From Octopus vulgaris (lineage: Eukaryota): a DNA stretch of 64,000 nucleotides. Both the position numbers and the translations under genes were made by a program. Location of the stretch: positions 16,926,001 to 16,990,000 of the forward strand of contig OX597838.1 in the NCBI GenBank assembly GCA_951406725.2, given 5' to 3'. Below the pieces are notes generated by a model. That model ran no database searches. It saw only the letters and a program-made list of their open reading frames with translations, and was not told the origin of the DNA. Positions 1 to 12,300 of the stretch are shown here, in pieces; the first letter of the stretch is position 1, and every line of letters starts with the position of its first letter.

Positions 1-318
1 ATGTACATTCCTTTGTGTACACTGATTTGTTCTGCTTTTTTATGTTTAACCCTACAGTCTCTTATGTGGTGGTTTAATAAAGTATGTGATTGAGTATTAT
101 CTAATAATTGATATTTGATTTAGATGTATTTCTCCATTTTCTTATCTTGTATTAGTAATTTGTGGTAAATCATTTTACCTTTGCCCATATAATACAGTAA
201 ATGAATTGATTGCATCGCAATCCTTAACATTTATGTATTAACTTTGTTGGGTACTTCACTAGCAGTATATTGGATATATGTTATCCCATGGAGGGTTGCA
301 TTTACAACCCCTATCTCA

Positions 319-367
<49 letters not shown>

Positions 368-675
368 TATCTACATATAAATATATATAGATATATATTT
401 CTATATACATCGTGACGTATATTTGCCATTTAAATATGGCTAACCCCTAAGGGTGGATGCATATATATATACGTATCTACATACATATATATATATATAT
501 ATCTACATACATATATATACGTATCTACATACATATATACATATATATATATCTATATACATATATACATATATATAACGGGAAGCTTTATGAAAATAGA
601 CAAAAGACGAAGGCAGGTGGAAAACAAACGAACAATTGTATTAGTATGGCGCTCAGGAAATATAAATAAAACAAG

Positions 676-713
676 TCTTTAACGTTTCGAGCCTACGCTC
701 TTCAACAGAAAGA
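676..713 (-). ncRNA. Minimal hammerhead-like motif (variant core) in a Penelope pLTR-like repeat embedded in (TA)n
   Basis: Minus strand reads TCTTT-CTGTTGA-A-GAGC-gtag-GCTC-GAAAC-GTT-AAAGA. Stems I and II pair; the core deviates (CTGTTGA). Confidence 0.55.
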
Positions 714-1157
714 TACACAGAGAGAAAAAAAACACAGAAAGAAGGAGAGAAAAAAAATGCGTGCAGTAGCTAACGAATCAACATGGCGATATATATATAT
801 CTACATACATATATACATATATATATATCTACATACATATATACATATATATATACACATCTATCTATCTATCTATCTATCTATACATACATACATATAT
901 ATACATATATATATTTGGATCCATGCTACTTCAAGTTTTGCAGGTTCCTAATGGGCACTAGACTCCTTCAGGATTTTGGAATGTGGAATTTGGTATTCCA
1001 AAAGCCTGAACGAATCGGGCCCCATTAGTGTTGTATAAGCACTGCTCTAAAATTATAAAAGAATGGTAACATTATAAATTTTAGAACAAAATATTTTAAT
1101 TCTATAAAAGATTACACAAAAATTATGTAAAGCTGAAAATAGTGAAACAATTCTCAC

Positions 1158-1211
1158 CTGATATAGGGTAGGAAGACATCTACATCTTTTTTTATAACAC
1201 CAATGATATAC
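1158..1211 (-). CDS. DRAM: Internal coding exon of a DRAM/TMEM150 (Frag1/DRAM/Sfk1) family membrane protein: (T)YIIGVIKKDVDVFLPYI(S); the gene continues beyond the left edge
   Basis: Minus-strand acceptor ...tattatAG and donor AG|GTGAGA flank a 54-nt exon. Translation matches the DRAM-family Y..AV...H....LPYISDTG motif. Phase 2 joins exactly to exon 14959-15035 (AC+G = Thr). Confidence 0.85.
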
Positions 1212-1375
1212 CTATAATATACAAATAAATTTTAAAGATAGCAGCAATTGAATTTCATATGTATAGAAAGTGAGACAAAAATAAACGGCTGAATATAATA
1301 GATATCAGATGATATATGAAGGGAAAACTGGATATATGGTATGACAGGCTAATGAGTAAGTATTATGAGTAAGGT

Positions 1376-1965
1376 GGCGAGCTGGCAGAAACGGTAGAGC
1401 GCCGGGCGAAATGCTTAGTGGTATTTCTTCTGCCGTTACGTTCTGAGTTCAAATTCCGCCAAGGTCGACTTTGCCTTTCATCCTTTCGGGGGTCGATAAA
1501 TTAAGTACCAGTTACGCACTGGGGTCGAATCGACTTAATCCGTCTGTCTGTCCTTGTTTGTCCTCTCTGTGTTTAGCCCCTTGTGGATAATAAAGAAATA
1601 GGTATTTCGTCTGCCGCTACGTTCTGAGTTCAAATTCTGCCAAGGTCGACTTTGCCTTTCATCCTTTCGGGGTCGATAAATTAAGTACCAGTTACGCACT
1701 GGGGGTCGATGTAATCGACTTAATCCGTTTGTCTGTCCTTGTTTGTCCTCTCTGTGTTTAGCCCCTTTGGGTAATAAAGAAATAGGTATTTCGTCTACCA
1801 CTACATTCTGAGTTCAAATTCCCGAGGTTGACTCTGCCTTTCATCCTTTCGGGGTCGATAAATTAAGTACCAGTTACGCACTGGGGTCGAATCGACTCAA
1901 TTCGTTTGTCTGTCCTTGTTTGTCCCCTCTATGTGTAGCCCCTTGTGGGTAGTAAAGAAATAAGT
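1376..1965 (+). mobile_element. tRNA-derived SINE family B: one head plus three tandem ~185-bp body units
   Basis: Head GGCGAGCTGGCAGAA, B-box GAGTTCAAATTCC, core GCCTTTCATCCTTTCGGGGTCGATAAATTAAGTACC (recalled as Meta-domain/Sauria-SINE-like) repeated three times. The same family occurs at 47325-47552 and 59070-59645. Confidence 0.8.
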
Positions 1966-2866
1966 TTGTGCAAACAGTTGAAGGTGTCAGTGGTAGAAAA
2001 AAATCTAAGGAAAAGAAGGAAAAATATGGAGAATTCACTGCACAGTCAAAATTTTGGGCATCACAGATGGCAGTAATGCCTATAATTATTAGTATGGAAT
2101 GCTCCTGTGCAATCCATAACAGTAATTATTTACACTATTTCAAAAATCACAAATATTGCATTACAATTTCATTCACTGCATAATTCATTATTTGCACATA
2201 GTTTAACATTGTTGCATGGTCTTTGAATGCCTTTAAGAAACATTTCTCAGTTGCCAGTGCTTGAAATAAGTCTCTGGGTCTGAAGGTAACTTTCACAAAT
2301 CTCAGAAGCTGCAAAAAGACTCATGGGTATTGCTCTTTATCCTCTGACTAAGTAATGAAAATTAAAAATGTTCTGCCTAATTTTTTTTGAGCAGAGATCT
2401 CCATATAATCATAGTTTTTTCTTACCATATTATATGCCTAACGTTCTCTATAATCATTGCACTATCTGCCTGTCTCTCTGTCTTCCAATAGTATCAAGCA
2501 AGCAACTGGAGTAATAGAATCCTTGGTTGGTTTCATATTCATTCTCTCTGTTTGCACGGGGCAGATAAAATTTCCTATAAGATAGGAAGGAAAATAAGAT
2601 ACCTTATTTTCCTTCCTATCTTATACAAGAGAATTAAATATAAACTCATTCCAATCTATTTAACATTCCACTCTATGTTGACTGGTGATACAGTATGGGC
2701 AGATTTTTGAAATCCAATGAATCTTTATACATTTATACAGTTAGGAAATTTTACAAATACACTTTTTCAAGGAGATATGATAAACCTATTATAATGGGTA
2801 ATACTAAATATACTTTTCATATTTTTTATATTGTGATATAATTCTTTGGACTAACAATGTTTGCAA

Positions 2867-2947
2867 CTGAAGAGAGCTTTAAACCATCTTTTATATCAAT
2901 AATACACTGATGTAAGAACGGATTGTTTATAAAGCTTGAAACACGTA
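2867..2947 (+). ncRNA. Penelope-type hammerhead motif with long stem II loop
   Basis: CTGAAGA-GAGCTTTAAAC...GTTTATAAAGCTT-GAAACACGTA; stem I is eroded. Confidence 0.5.
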
Positions 2948-3234
2948 TACTGTGATATCCTTTGTGTTCTGTTTTTAATTTTATTTGATATATTCTCTCT
3001 CACCTCTGCCACTATCTGGCATATATAGGTGCTTACACTTACCAAGTATTCACCCTAAATTTACAGTACCTATATATATATATATATGATATTTATTTTA
3101 AATATTTTAATTAATTGTATCTTATTTTTTAAACAGGAATGCATTTGTTCAAATATTTTGTATTTTTCAAGATTATTTACGTATATTTATTAATTTATCT
3201 AATTAATTATTTTATTGTTGTTGTTATCTTTAAC

Positions 3235-3330
3235 CTGAAGAGTGGCTATATTTATATTGAAGTGATTTTACTACTACTACTATTATTTTTACTATTATCA
3301 TTTCTTAAATATAGCCATGAAACACGTGTC
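3235..3330 (+). ncRNA. Penelope-type minimal hammerhead ribozyme motif
   Basis: CTGAAGA, 13-bp stem II (GTGGCTATATTTA/TAAATATAGCCAT), then GAAAC-ACGT-GTC with palindromic stem III and a GUC cleavage triplet. Stem I is weak. Confidence 0.6.
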
Positions 3331-3622
3331 ATTATTCTACCAAATATATATGTTTTATTTATTATTTTGCACCACATTACTTAATCATCGTTATATGTTT
3401 TATCTTATATTTAATCTTTCTATATAATATGTAATTTTTTAGATGGTATAATTTAATTTTTCATTATTGAATTGATAAAAGGTGTTTTTTTTCTAATTTA
3501 TATATATATCTATTATATTTTGTGAAATTTGATTCAGTATTTCTAAATTGAATTTTTCCCTGTAAGTTTGGAATAATATTCCCTCATATTATTATATATA
3601 TATATATATATTTTTATATACA

Positions 3623-3662
<40 letters not shown>

Positions 3663-4136
3663 TATATATACACACACACACAGACACACACATATACACA
3701 AACATATATATATATATGCATATATATGTATACATACCTACATACATACATACTAACAATTTGGCGCAAACATAACAAACCCCCCCGATATAGTTCTTAG
3801 GGACAGGGAGCAAAAGTCATGCACTGTTATAGAGGTCAAACATACATACAAACACACACTAACACACACACACACACATACAATGTGCTCTGTGTATTTT
3901 TTTTATAACACCCAACCCTTTGAAGTTGTTCCCCTTCATATGATATACTCACTAAATCATTCATCATGTGCTCTACTTCGGGGGCTGCTGTTGTATTAGA
4001 AAGTTCATTCTGTTGTCTTATTTGTCTCATAATGCTCATCAAATGTTTTTATGCTCATAAATTCTTATAATCAAATCAGTTTCCTCCTGTTTGTCCTTGG
4101 TAAATCTAATCAATATCTATTTAATACATTATATAG

Positions 4137-4300
4137 GCGCAGGAGTGGGTGTGTGGTAAGTAGCTTGCTTACCAAACAAATGGTTCCGAGTTCAGTCCCA
4201 CTGCGTGGCATCTTGGGCAAGTGTCTTCTGCTATAGCCCCGGGTCGACCAAAGCCTTGTGAGTGGATTTGGTAGATGGAAACTGAAAGAAGCCCGTCGTA

Positions 4301-4359
<59 letters not shown>

Positions 4360-4590
4360 GTATGTATGTGCGTGTGTTTGAGTGTCTGTGTTTGTCCCCC
4401 TAGCATTGCTTGACAACCGATTCTGGTGTGTTTACGTCCCCGTAACTTAGCGGTTCGGCAAAAGAGACCGATAGAATAAGTACTGGGCTTACAAAGAATA
4501 AGTCTTGGGGTTGAGTTGCTCGACTGAAAGGCAGTGCTCCAGCATGGCCGCAGTCAAAATGACTGAAACAAGTAAAAGAGTAAAAGAGAG
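4137..4590 (+). mobile_element. SINE family A (tRNA-derived, CORE-like, internal (AT)n(GT)n microsatellite; resembles octopus OR-type SINEs), representative full copy
   Basis: A-box TGG.TGTGTGG, B-box G(A/G)GTTCAGTCCC, CORE-like GGCA(C/T)CTTGGGCAAGT, tail (AGTAAAAG)n. Other copies at about 4615-5018(-), 5621-6030, 8543-8960, 10693-10990(-), 10995-11190, 18375-18790, 19500-19840, 25480-25752(-), 30921-31306, 31410-31776(-), 39090-39505(-), 40130-40545(-), 42387-42612, 51325-51788, 52363-52966, 53190-53597(-), 53872-54276(-), 55368-55826, 57412-57812(-), 61423-62075 and 63120-63522(-). Confidence 0.9.
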
Positions 4591-4614
4591 AGTATGTACG
4601 TAAAATGTTATATA

Positions 4615-5018
4615 CTCTTTACTCACTGTCTTTTACTCTTTTACTTGTTTCAGTCATTTGACTTCGGCCATGCTGGAGCACCGCCTTCTAGTCGAGCAAA
4701 TCAACCCCAGGACTTATTCTTTGTAGGCCTAGTACTTATTCTATCAGTCTCTTTTGCCGAACTGCTAAGTTACAGGGACGTCGCACATCGGCATTGGTTG
4801 TCAAGCGATGTTGGGGGGACAAACACAGACACACAAACACACACACACATATATATGACAGGCTTCTTTCAGTTTCTGTCTACCAAATCCACTCACAAGG
4901 CTTTGGTCAGCCCAAGGCTATAGTAGAAGACACTTGGCCAAGGTGCCACACAGTGGGACTGAACCCAAAACCATGTGGTTGGTAAGCAAGCTACTTACTA
5001 CACAGCCACTCCTACGGC
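4615..5018 (-). mobile_element. SINE family A copy, tail-to-tail with 4137-4590
   Basis: Reverse complement of the same consensus. Confidence 0.9.
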
Positions 5019-5270
5019 TTGTATTTGTATATACATTTATTTTACTAGAAATTATTCTACTTTATATATATTACACTATTACCTTTTATATTCAACTGAC
5101 CGAGCAGTGTCATATATTCAAATTTAGCCTATTTACTTATTGTACTGCATGAGTGTATGTCTATGCATATAAGCATCAGAGAGCTGGCTGAGCAATAGGC
5201 ACAGGCTATGAGGCTGCAATGCTCACATGACATCCAAGGTGAAACTGAGAGGTGAAGGTAATAAGAAAGA

Positions 5271-5528
5271 CATCATCATCATCATCATCATCGTTTAACG
5301 TCCGTTTTCCATGCTAGCATGGGTTGGATGGTTCGACCGGGGATCTGGGAAGCCAGGAGGCTGTGCCAGGCTCCAATCTGATCTGGCAGTGTTTCTACAG
5401 CTGGATGCCCTTCCTAATGCCAACAACCACTCCGTGAGTGTAGTGGGTGTCTTTTTACGTGCCTCGGCACAGGGGCCAGAGGAGGCTGGCAACAGCCACG
5501 ATCGGTTGGTGCTGTTACGTGTCACCGA
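5271..5528 (-). mobile_element. 5'-truncated RTE LINE 3' tail, representative copy
   Basis: Reverse complement of the 3' UTR that follows the RT ORF at 27770-28235 (GGTTGGCGTTAGGAAGGGCATCCAGC...(GAT)n). Further tails at about 6747-6985, 7054-7365, 21083-21240, 28802-29112, 37441-37985, 38037-38390, 42607-42950, 43068-43592, 49845-50033(+), 50340-50660 and 56388-56825. Confidence 0.8.
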
Positions 5529-5784
5529 CACATACAAAATAAGATTGAATAATTCAGCCAAAGAGGAACTAGAGAGAATAATGGAAGTGGCTAGACAGAA
5601 AAATTTTATTAGACTACAGGAGGCGTAGGAGTGGCTGTGTGGTAAGTAGCTTGCTAACCAACCACATAGTTCCGGGTTCAGTCCCACTGCGTGGCATCTT
5701 GGGCAAGTGTCTTCTGCTATAGCCTCGGGCCGACCAATGCCTTGTGAGTGGATTTGGTAGACGGAAACTGAAAGAAGCCCATCG

Positions 5785-5827
<43 letters not shown>

Positions 5828-7803
5828 TTGTGTGTCTGTGTTAGTCCCCCTAGCATTGCTTGACAACCGATGCTGGTGTGTTTACGTCCCCGTCACTTAG
5901 CGGTTCAGCAAAAGAGACTGATAGAATAAGTACTGGGCTTACAAAGAATAAGTCCCGGGGTCGATTTGCTCGACTAGAAGGCGGTGCTCCAGCATGGCCG
6001 CAGTCAAATGACTGAAACAAGTAAAAGAGTGTGAGGAGCAATTATCAAGAAGACCAGAATGAAAGTAACATACAACTATGTTACAAAATGAAACTGAAGA
6101 AAGAGAAACTGATAGATGTGTGTGTGTGTATGTGTGTGTGTGTGGGTGTCTGTGTGAGTGAGAGAGACAGAGAGAGAGAGGATCTCAAAGAAGAGATAAC
6201 GAAACTGACAAGACAAAGAGAGGGAAAGGAGATCAGAAGAGTTAAGACATAGAGCTGAAATAAGTCATGTAAATGAAACAGAGTGGAGGCACGATGGCCC
6301 AGTGGTTAGGGCAGTGAACTTGCGGTCGGAGGATCGCAGTTTCGATTCCCAGACCAGGCGTTGTGTGTGTTTATTGAGCGAAAACACTTAAAGCTCCACG
6401 AGGGGCTCCAGCAGAGGGTGGTGGCGACCCCTGTTGTACTCCTTTGCCCCAACTTTCTCTCACGCTTTCTTCCTGTTTCTTGAGTAACGCTGCGATGGAC
6501 TGGCGTCCGGTCCAGCTGGTAGGGGGCACATACGCCATAGAAACTTCCAGAGGTACCTAACAACAACAACAACAATTGTCTAGGCCTACATAACAACAAC
6601 AAGAACAACAGCAATTCGAGGGTCTTCCTAAAAACAAGAGCATCTTCCAATATTGCCTAACAATAACAACTGTCTACAGCTATCTAAAAATAAGAGCAGC
6701 TGTCCACAGCATCAACAACACTAGAGAGCTGCATAACAACAACAACAACATCATCATCATCATTGTTTAATGTTTGTTTTCCCTGCTGGCATGGGTTGGA
6801 CAGTTTTACCGATGGCCAGCTGGGAAGCTGTCCAGACTCTGGTTGACTGTTTTGTAATGGTTTCTACAGCTGGATGCCCTTCCTAATGCCAACCGTTTTA
6901 CAGAGTGTGCTGAGTGCTTTGTACATGTCATCAGCACAGGTGCGTTTATGCAGCAAGTGCATTTTACATGGCACCGGCATGTAAAATGCACTGGAACAAG
7001 TTGCTAAATCTGACTACATCTTTTGCATTCCTCTGTGGACATTTTAACCCTTTCATCATCATCATCATCATCATTGTTTAACATCCTCCTTCCATGCTGG
7101 CATGGGTTGGCCGGTTTGACAGGAGCTAACCAGGTGGGAGCCTGCGCCATGCTTCTGAGTGAGTTTTGGTATGGTTTTGATGGTTGGATGCCCTTCTAAA
7201 CACCAGCCACTCCACAGAGTGAGATGAGTGCTTTTTATGTGGCACCCACACAGGCATGGTTAGTTTCGGAATGGTTTTTACAGCTGGATGCTCTTCCAAA
7301 TGCCAACCACTTTACACTGTAGACTGGGTGCTTTTTAAGTGGCACCTGCACTGGTGGGGGGGTCACCGTCAATTGTAATGTTTATTTATTCAGATCGTTT
7401 TGAATTAGTCATGCATTATCTTGTGGTTTTGAGATTTCCATGATTTGCTTAGTCATTCTAGAATGACGTTGTATGTTAGATGTACGAGGCCAAAGTTTGC
7501 CTGTTTGAACATAAAACAGGTAGAGTATTTGGGTTAGATATGGCAGGTTTAAATGCTATTGGTCTCCTTATATATCCTCATATATACCTGTAATAACTGA
7601 CACAGTCTTTGCATTGCTAGTTGCCCCAAATAACACATTTCTGTGTACAACCTGGTTTGTTAACGCACTCTTTGTGCAACTTGTACCAACAACTATGAAC
7701 TGACTTTATTAATGTATTCCCCTTATAACTGAGGACATTTGTATTTAATCATTCATCCACATCACCTTGTCATTTTAAATATATTACACTCGTCTTTCCT
7801 CTA

Positions 7804-8033
7804 TTAACCTTTTTGTTACCAACCTGGCCAAAACTGGCTCTGGCTCTCTAGTATAAATGTCTTGTTTTCATAAGTTCTGAATTAAAATCTTCCACCAAAC
7901 CTTAGTCAAAATTTATGCCCCTAACACTAGCTTAATGATAACTATGTTATCTTACTAAATTCTTTGTTATATTTAAAATTAATTGAAAGAAACATAGAGC
8001 ATCTCAAAATGAATACAGTAACGGAAGGGTTAA
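7804..8033. mobile_element. TTAA-flanked (piggyBac-type) MITE, ~222 bp
   Basis: TTAA at 7804-7807 and 8030-8033 flank terminal inverted repeats CCTTTTTGTTAC / GTAACGGAAGGG. Confidence 0.75.
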
Positions 8034-9550
8034 ATATCATTCTAAATAATGAAAATAAAAATAAAGTAAATCACCAAGGTATTGAAGGACTTGGCTTCTT
8101 TAAATCTCAATGGCCTGTTATTAAATAATGTACAGCTAAGGAGGTTATATTTTATAACCGCAACATATATGAAGGGTGAGGGGAAAGATTTTGACAGATG
8201 GGACAGTATGAGGTTTCAGCAAGCATTGTTGAACTTATAACCCTATGTTGTCACAAAATATCTTTCCTTATCTTATTGATAAAATAATATAAATAGACAT
8301 CAGCCTCAGCATCTTGCATCACATTCTTTTTTGTATTATTGTTCTTTTTACTCCTTTTAAAAAATTTTTTTGTTTTTTTATATAACTCAGTGGCCTATAA
8401 TTAGATAATAAAAATTAGAGGAGGAAGATATTACCAGGGCCTTCCAGACTATGAAGGAGTGGTTAGTTAGGTCTTAAAAATATTTGCTCTCGGGATTCAT
8501 GTGTTAAAATATGCATTAAATGTAACAAAAAAAAAAACAAATAGGTGCAGGAGTGGCTGTGTGGTAAGTAGCTTGCTTACCAACCACATGGTTCCGGGTT
8601 CAGTCCCACTGCGTGGCACATTGGGCAAGTGTCTTCTACTATAGCCTCGGGCCGACCAAAGCCTTGTGAGTGGATTTGGTAGACGGAAACTGAAAGAAGT
8701 CTGTCGTATATATGTATATATACATATATATATATGCGTGTGTGTGTTTGTGTGTCTGTGTTTGTCCCCCTAACATTGCTTGACAACCGATGCTGGTGTG
8801 TTTATGTCCCCGTTACTTAGCGGTTCGGCAAAAGAGACTGATAGAATAAGTATTGGGCTTACAAAAGAATAAGTCCCGAGGTCGAGTTGCTCGATTAAAA
8901 GGCGGTGCTCCAGCATGGCCACAGTCAAATGACTGAAACAAGTAAAAGAGTAAAAGAGTATACTTTGAAAGTTTACTGAAATATAAAAAAAACAACACGC
9001 CCTAGACATTTCAATCTAGACAAGGAAAGGCACTGATGTGTGAAACAGTTTCCTTCAAGAACTCATGTACATATCATTGTCTGTGTGTGTGTATGTGTGT
9101 GTGTGTGTGTGTGTGTGCATATCTTTTATTTGTTTCAGTCACTGGACAGCAGCCATGCTGAGGCACCACCTTGAAGGGTCTTTTTTTTTTTTTATTCAAG
9201 AGGTTCATCCCTAAAACATATTTTAAAGCCTGGTACATAATCTATTAATCTCTTTTGTCAAACTGTTAACTTATGGGAGACATACACAACCACTCTCCAT
9301 TGTCAAGCAATGGTAGGGGCACATACACACACACACACACACACAAATATCTGATGGGTTTCTTTTAGTATCCTTCAACCAAATCCATTCGCAAGGCTTT
9401 GTAGAGGACAATTGCCCAAAGTATAAGACAGTGGGAATGAACCCAGAACCATGTAGTTGTGAAACAAACATCTTATCACACAGCCACACTTGTATCAATA
9501 AATACCCACACTCTCTCATGCTTTATATATATATATATATGTGTGTGTGT

Positions 9551-9850
9551 GGAGGCACATGGCCTAGTGGTTAGAGCAGCGGATTCGTGGTCGAGGGATC
9601 ACGGGTTTGAATCTCAGACCGGGCGATGTGTGTGTTTATGAGCGAAAGACCTAAGCTCCACGCGACTCTGGCAGAAGGTAATGGCGAACTTCTGCTGACT
9701 CTTTCACCACAACTTTTTCTCACTCTTTCCTCCTGCATCTTGCAGCTCACCTGCGACAGACTGGCATCCCGTCCAGGTGGGGAACCTTTATGCCAAAGAA
9801 ACCGGGAAACCAGCCCTATGAGCCAGGCGTGGCTCAAGAAGGAATAAACA
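9551..9850 (+). mobile_element. tRNA-derived SINE family C
   Basis: A-box TGGCCTAGTGG, B-box GGTTTGAATC, body with CCTGCGAC.GACTGGC.TCCCGTCCAG. A near-complete reverse copy lies at 58300-58595, with relatives at 6285-6545, 13665-13890, 29980-30220 and 44437-44637. Confidence 0.8.
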
Positions 9851-9899
9851 AATATATATATATATATATATACATATGTAGATTCAGATGAATATGGTG

Positions 9900-10690
9900 C
9901 TTAAGTTGAGGCACCAGAATTTAGTATGGTATTATCCATACAATTTCAAAGTAAGGTGATTAAAATCAAAATAAGCAACAAGGATATCCAGAGGTAATGC
10001 AGTACTACCATTTCACGCAACTCCATTTGATTGAACAATGCAATCATTACATCAATTTAAAATGTAGAGCAATCTTCAGCTGCACAAAGACATAGAATTT
10101 AATTAAATTAGAACAGATGGACACATTAGTATAATTATACCTAAAATCTCCAAGAAGTTAAGGATATAAACAAAGAACATGTCTCTACTTCAGCATAGAA
10201 GTTGCTAAAATTATCAAGAAGACTGTCTGTCACTGATATTTTGTCTTTATGCGGTCAGTTTTAATTTATAAACTAGTTTATCAAATCCCTTGTATATCTA
10301 AAGCTGAGAGAACAGAGGGCAATATCTATTAGGGGTAGGGTTGAGAGAGTAGACAGGCATTCTAGTTGGTATAGTCATAAAAAAATCAAGATTTATTATA
10401 AGCAATATCATGAGGTTTAGTAAGGAAACCTTAAAACAAGATGTTAGCTGATAATTAAGGGGGTCGCCCACTAGCAAACTATTGATAATGAAACAGGGGA
10501 AGTCTTATCATATGGTACTATAGTTAAATATTTTAAACAATGTTGCTATGTATACAGTTAAAGTTTAGGGTTATTCAAAGGATTATTAAGAAGAATATTA
10601 TAACAGAAGGATGGAAATTTATGAATACGTTTGAGTATCTACCAAACTTCTTACCACAATAGAGGGAGGAAAAGAAATTATCCAGAAATA
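9900..10690 (-). mobile_element. Highly degraded Penelope-like remnant ending in a hammerhead-like motif (9998-10084)
   Basis: Minus strand TGCAG-CTGAAGA...GAAATGGTAGTA-CTGCA with paired stem I. Upstream AT-rich sequence resembles the Penelope C-terminal region at 23300-23450. Confidence 0.4.
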
Positions 10691-10920
10691 ATCTTTACTC
10701 TTTACTCTTTTACTTGTTTCAGTCATTTGACTGCAGCCATTTGACTGCAGCCATGCTGGAGCACTGCCTTTAGTTGAGCAAATCGACCCCGGGACTTATT
10801 CTTTGTAAGCCCAGTACTTATTCTATCGGTCTCTTTTTGCCGAACCGCTAAGTGACGGGGACGTAAGCACACCGGCATCGGTTGTCAAGCAATGCTAGGG
10901 GTACAAACACAGACACACAA

Positions 10921-10953
<33 letters not shown>

Positions 10954-11879
10954 CACATATATATATGTGTATATATATACACATATATATATGTCATTGC
11001 TTGACAACCGATGCTGGTGTGTTTATGTCCCCGTTACTTAGCAGTTCGGCAAAAGAGACCGATAGAATAAGTAATGGGCTTACAAAAGAATAAGTCCCGG
11101 GGTCGAGTTGCTCGATTAAAGGTGGTGCTCCAGCATGGCCACAGTCAAATGACTGAAACAAGTAAAAGAGTAAAAGAGAGAGAGAGAGAGTAACTGAGGT
11201 TAAAGAACATATCAACTATATACTGATCTAATTAAGTCTATTTTAAGTTGTACAGATACCGGTATTACCTTATAGAAGCTGAGTACGAATTAATAGGGGT
11301 ACAAGGATTAAATTTATTTAAGGCTACTAAAAATAATAATAATAACAATAATAAAATGAACAGTTAGGGTAGAGCATCATGTAGTTGACATGTATCTGTA
11401 CAACTTAAAATAGATTTAATTAGATCAGTATATAGTTAACATGTTCTTTAACCTCAGTTGCTCCCTTATTAAATACCAATTAAATCCATTTGATCAATCT
11501 CCATAGAAACCATATAATAAGTTAATAGCTAGATAATTAATAAGTAAATAAATATGCAATTTTTCTTTATTATTGTACAGATACCAGTATTACCTTATAT
11601 AAGCTGAGTACGAATTAATAGGGGTACAAGGATTAGATTTATTTAAGGCTACTAAAAATAATAATAATAACAATAATAAAATGAACAGTTAGGGTAGAGC
11701 ATCAAGGAAAAGAAATAAAACAGCCTAATCACTAAAAACCATAATAAAATATCCATACCTTATTAACTCCAATAGCAAGTATTTATAGAAAATGTACAAT
11801 AATTAATGAGCCAAAAATTGTTAATTAACTTATTTAGCTCACTATAATCAGGATTAACATGCACCTACATAGCTCCCAA

Positions 11880-12300
11880 CCTTGACCTGCAACTCCCGAA
11901 AACCTACTAGGTGGGTCCTGCCTCTCAAAGACTGTAGTCTACAGAGCCACTCTCACACCATCTAATGGCATCACAAGGCACTGCTCAGGCATGACAGCCA
12001 ATGATTTCAAGGGAAGATACAAACAACACATGCACTCACTCACATGCATGGATAGAGATAATTCTACTTCCTCTGGAAGCTCTGTAACCTCCAGAATGAA
12101 ATGCTCAGCATTGAATGGACCATTGTCAACAGGACACCATCCTATTTATCTGGTACCTGCAATTGCCAGCTCTGCCTCCATGAAAGACTGCTCATCATCC
12201 ATCAACCTGCAGTATCTATCAACAGGAAATATGAATTGTCCTATTGCTGTCACCAGAGATATGCCCACCTGGAGAACTTCAAACCACTGGCTATCAACAA
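11880..12300 (+). pseudogene. Penelope-like element GIY-YIG endonuclease remnant (frameshifted)
   Basis: LGGSCLSKTVVYRATL...GMTANDFKGRYKQH, then IEWTIV...SGTCNCQLCLHERLLII...INRKYEL, matching the PLE endonuclease with its CxxC motif. Confidence 0.75.

Noticed and set aside
4110-4985. Recurrent ORFs such as 'LFQSFDCGHAGAPP' and 'RLPNPLTRLWSARGYSRRH'
   Set aside because: Translations of SINE family A; they recur only because the SINE does.
9551-9625. tRNA-like sequences here and at other SINE heads
   Set aside because: They run into SINE bodies and lack complete cloverleafs, so they are not called as tRNA genes.
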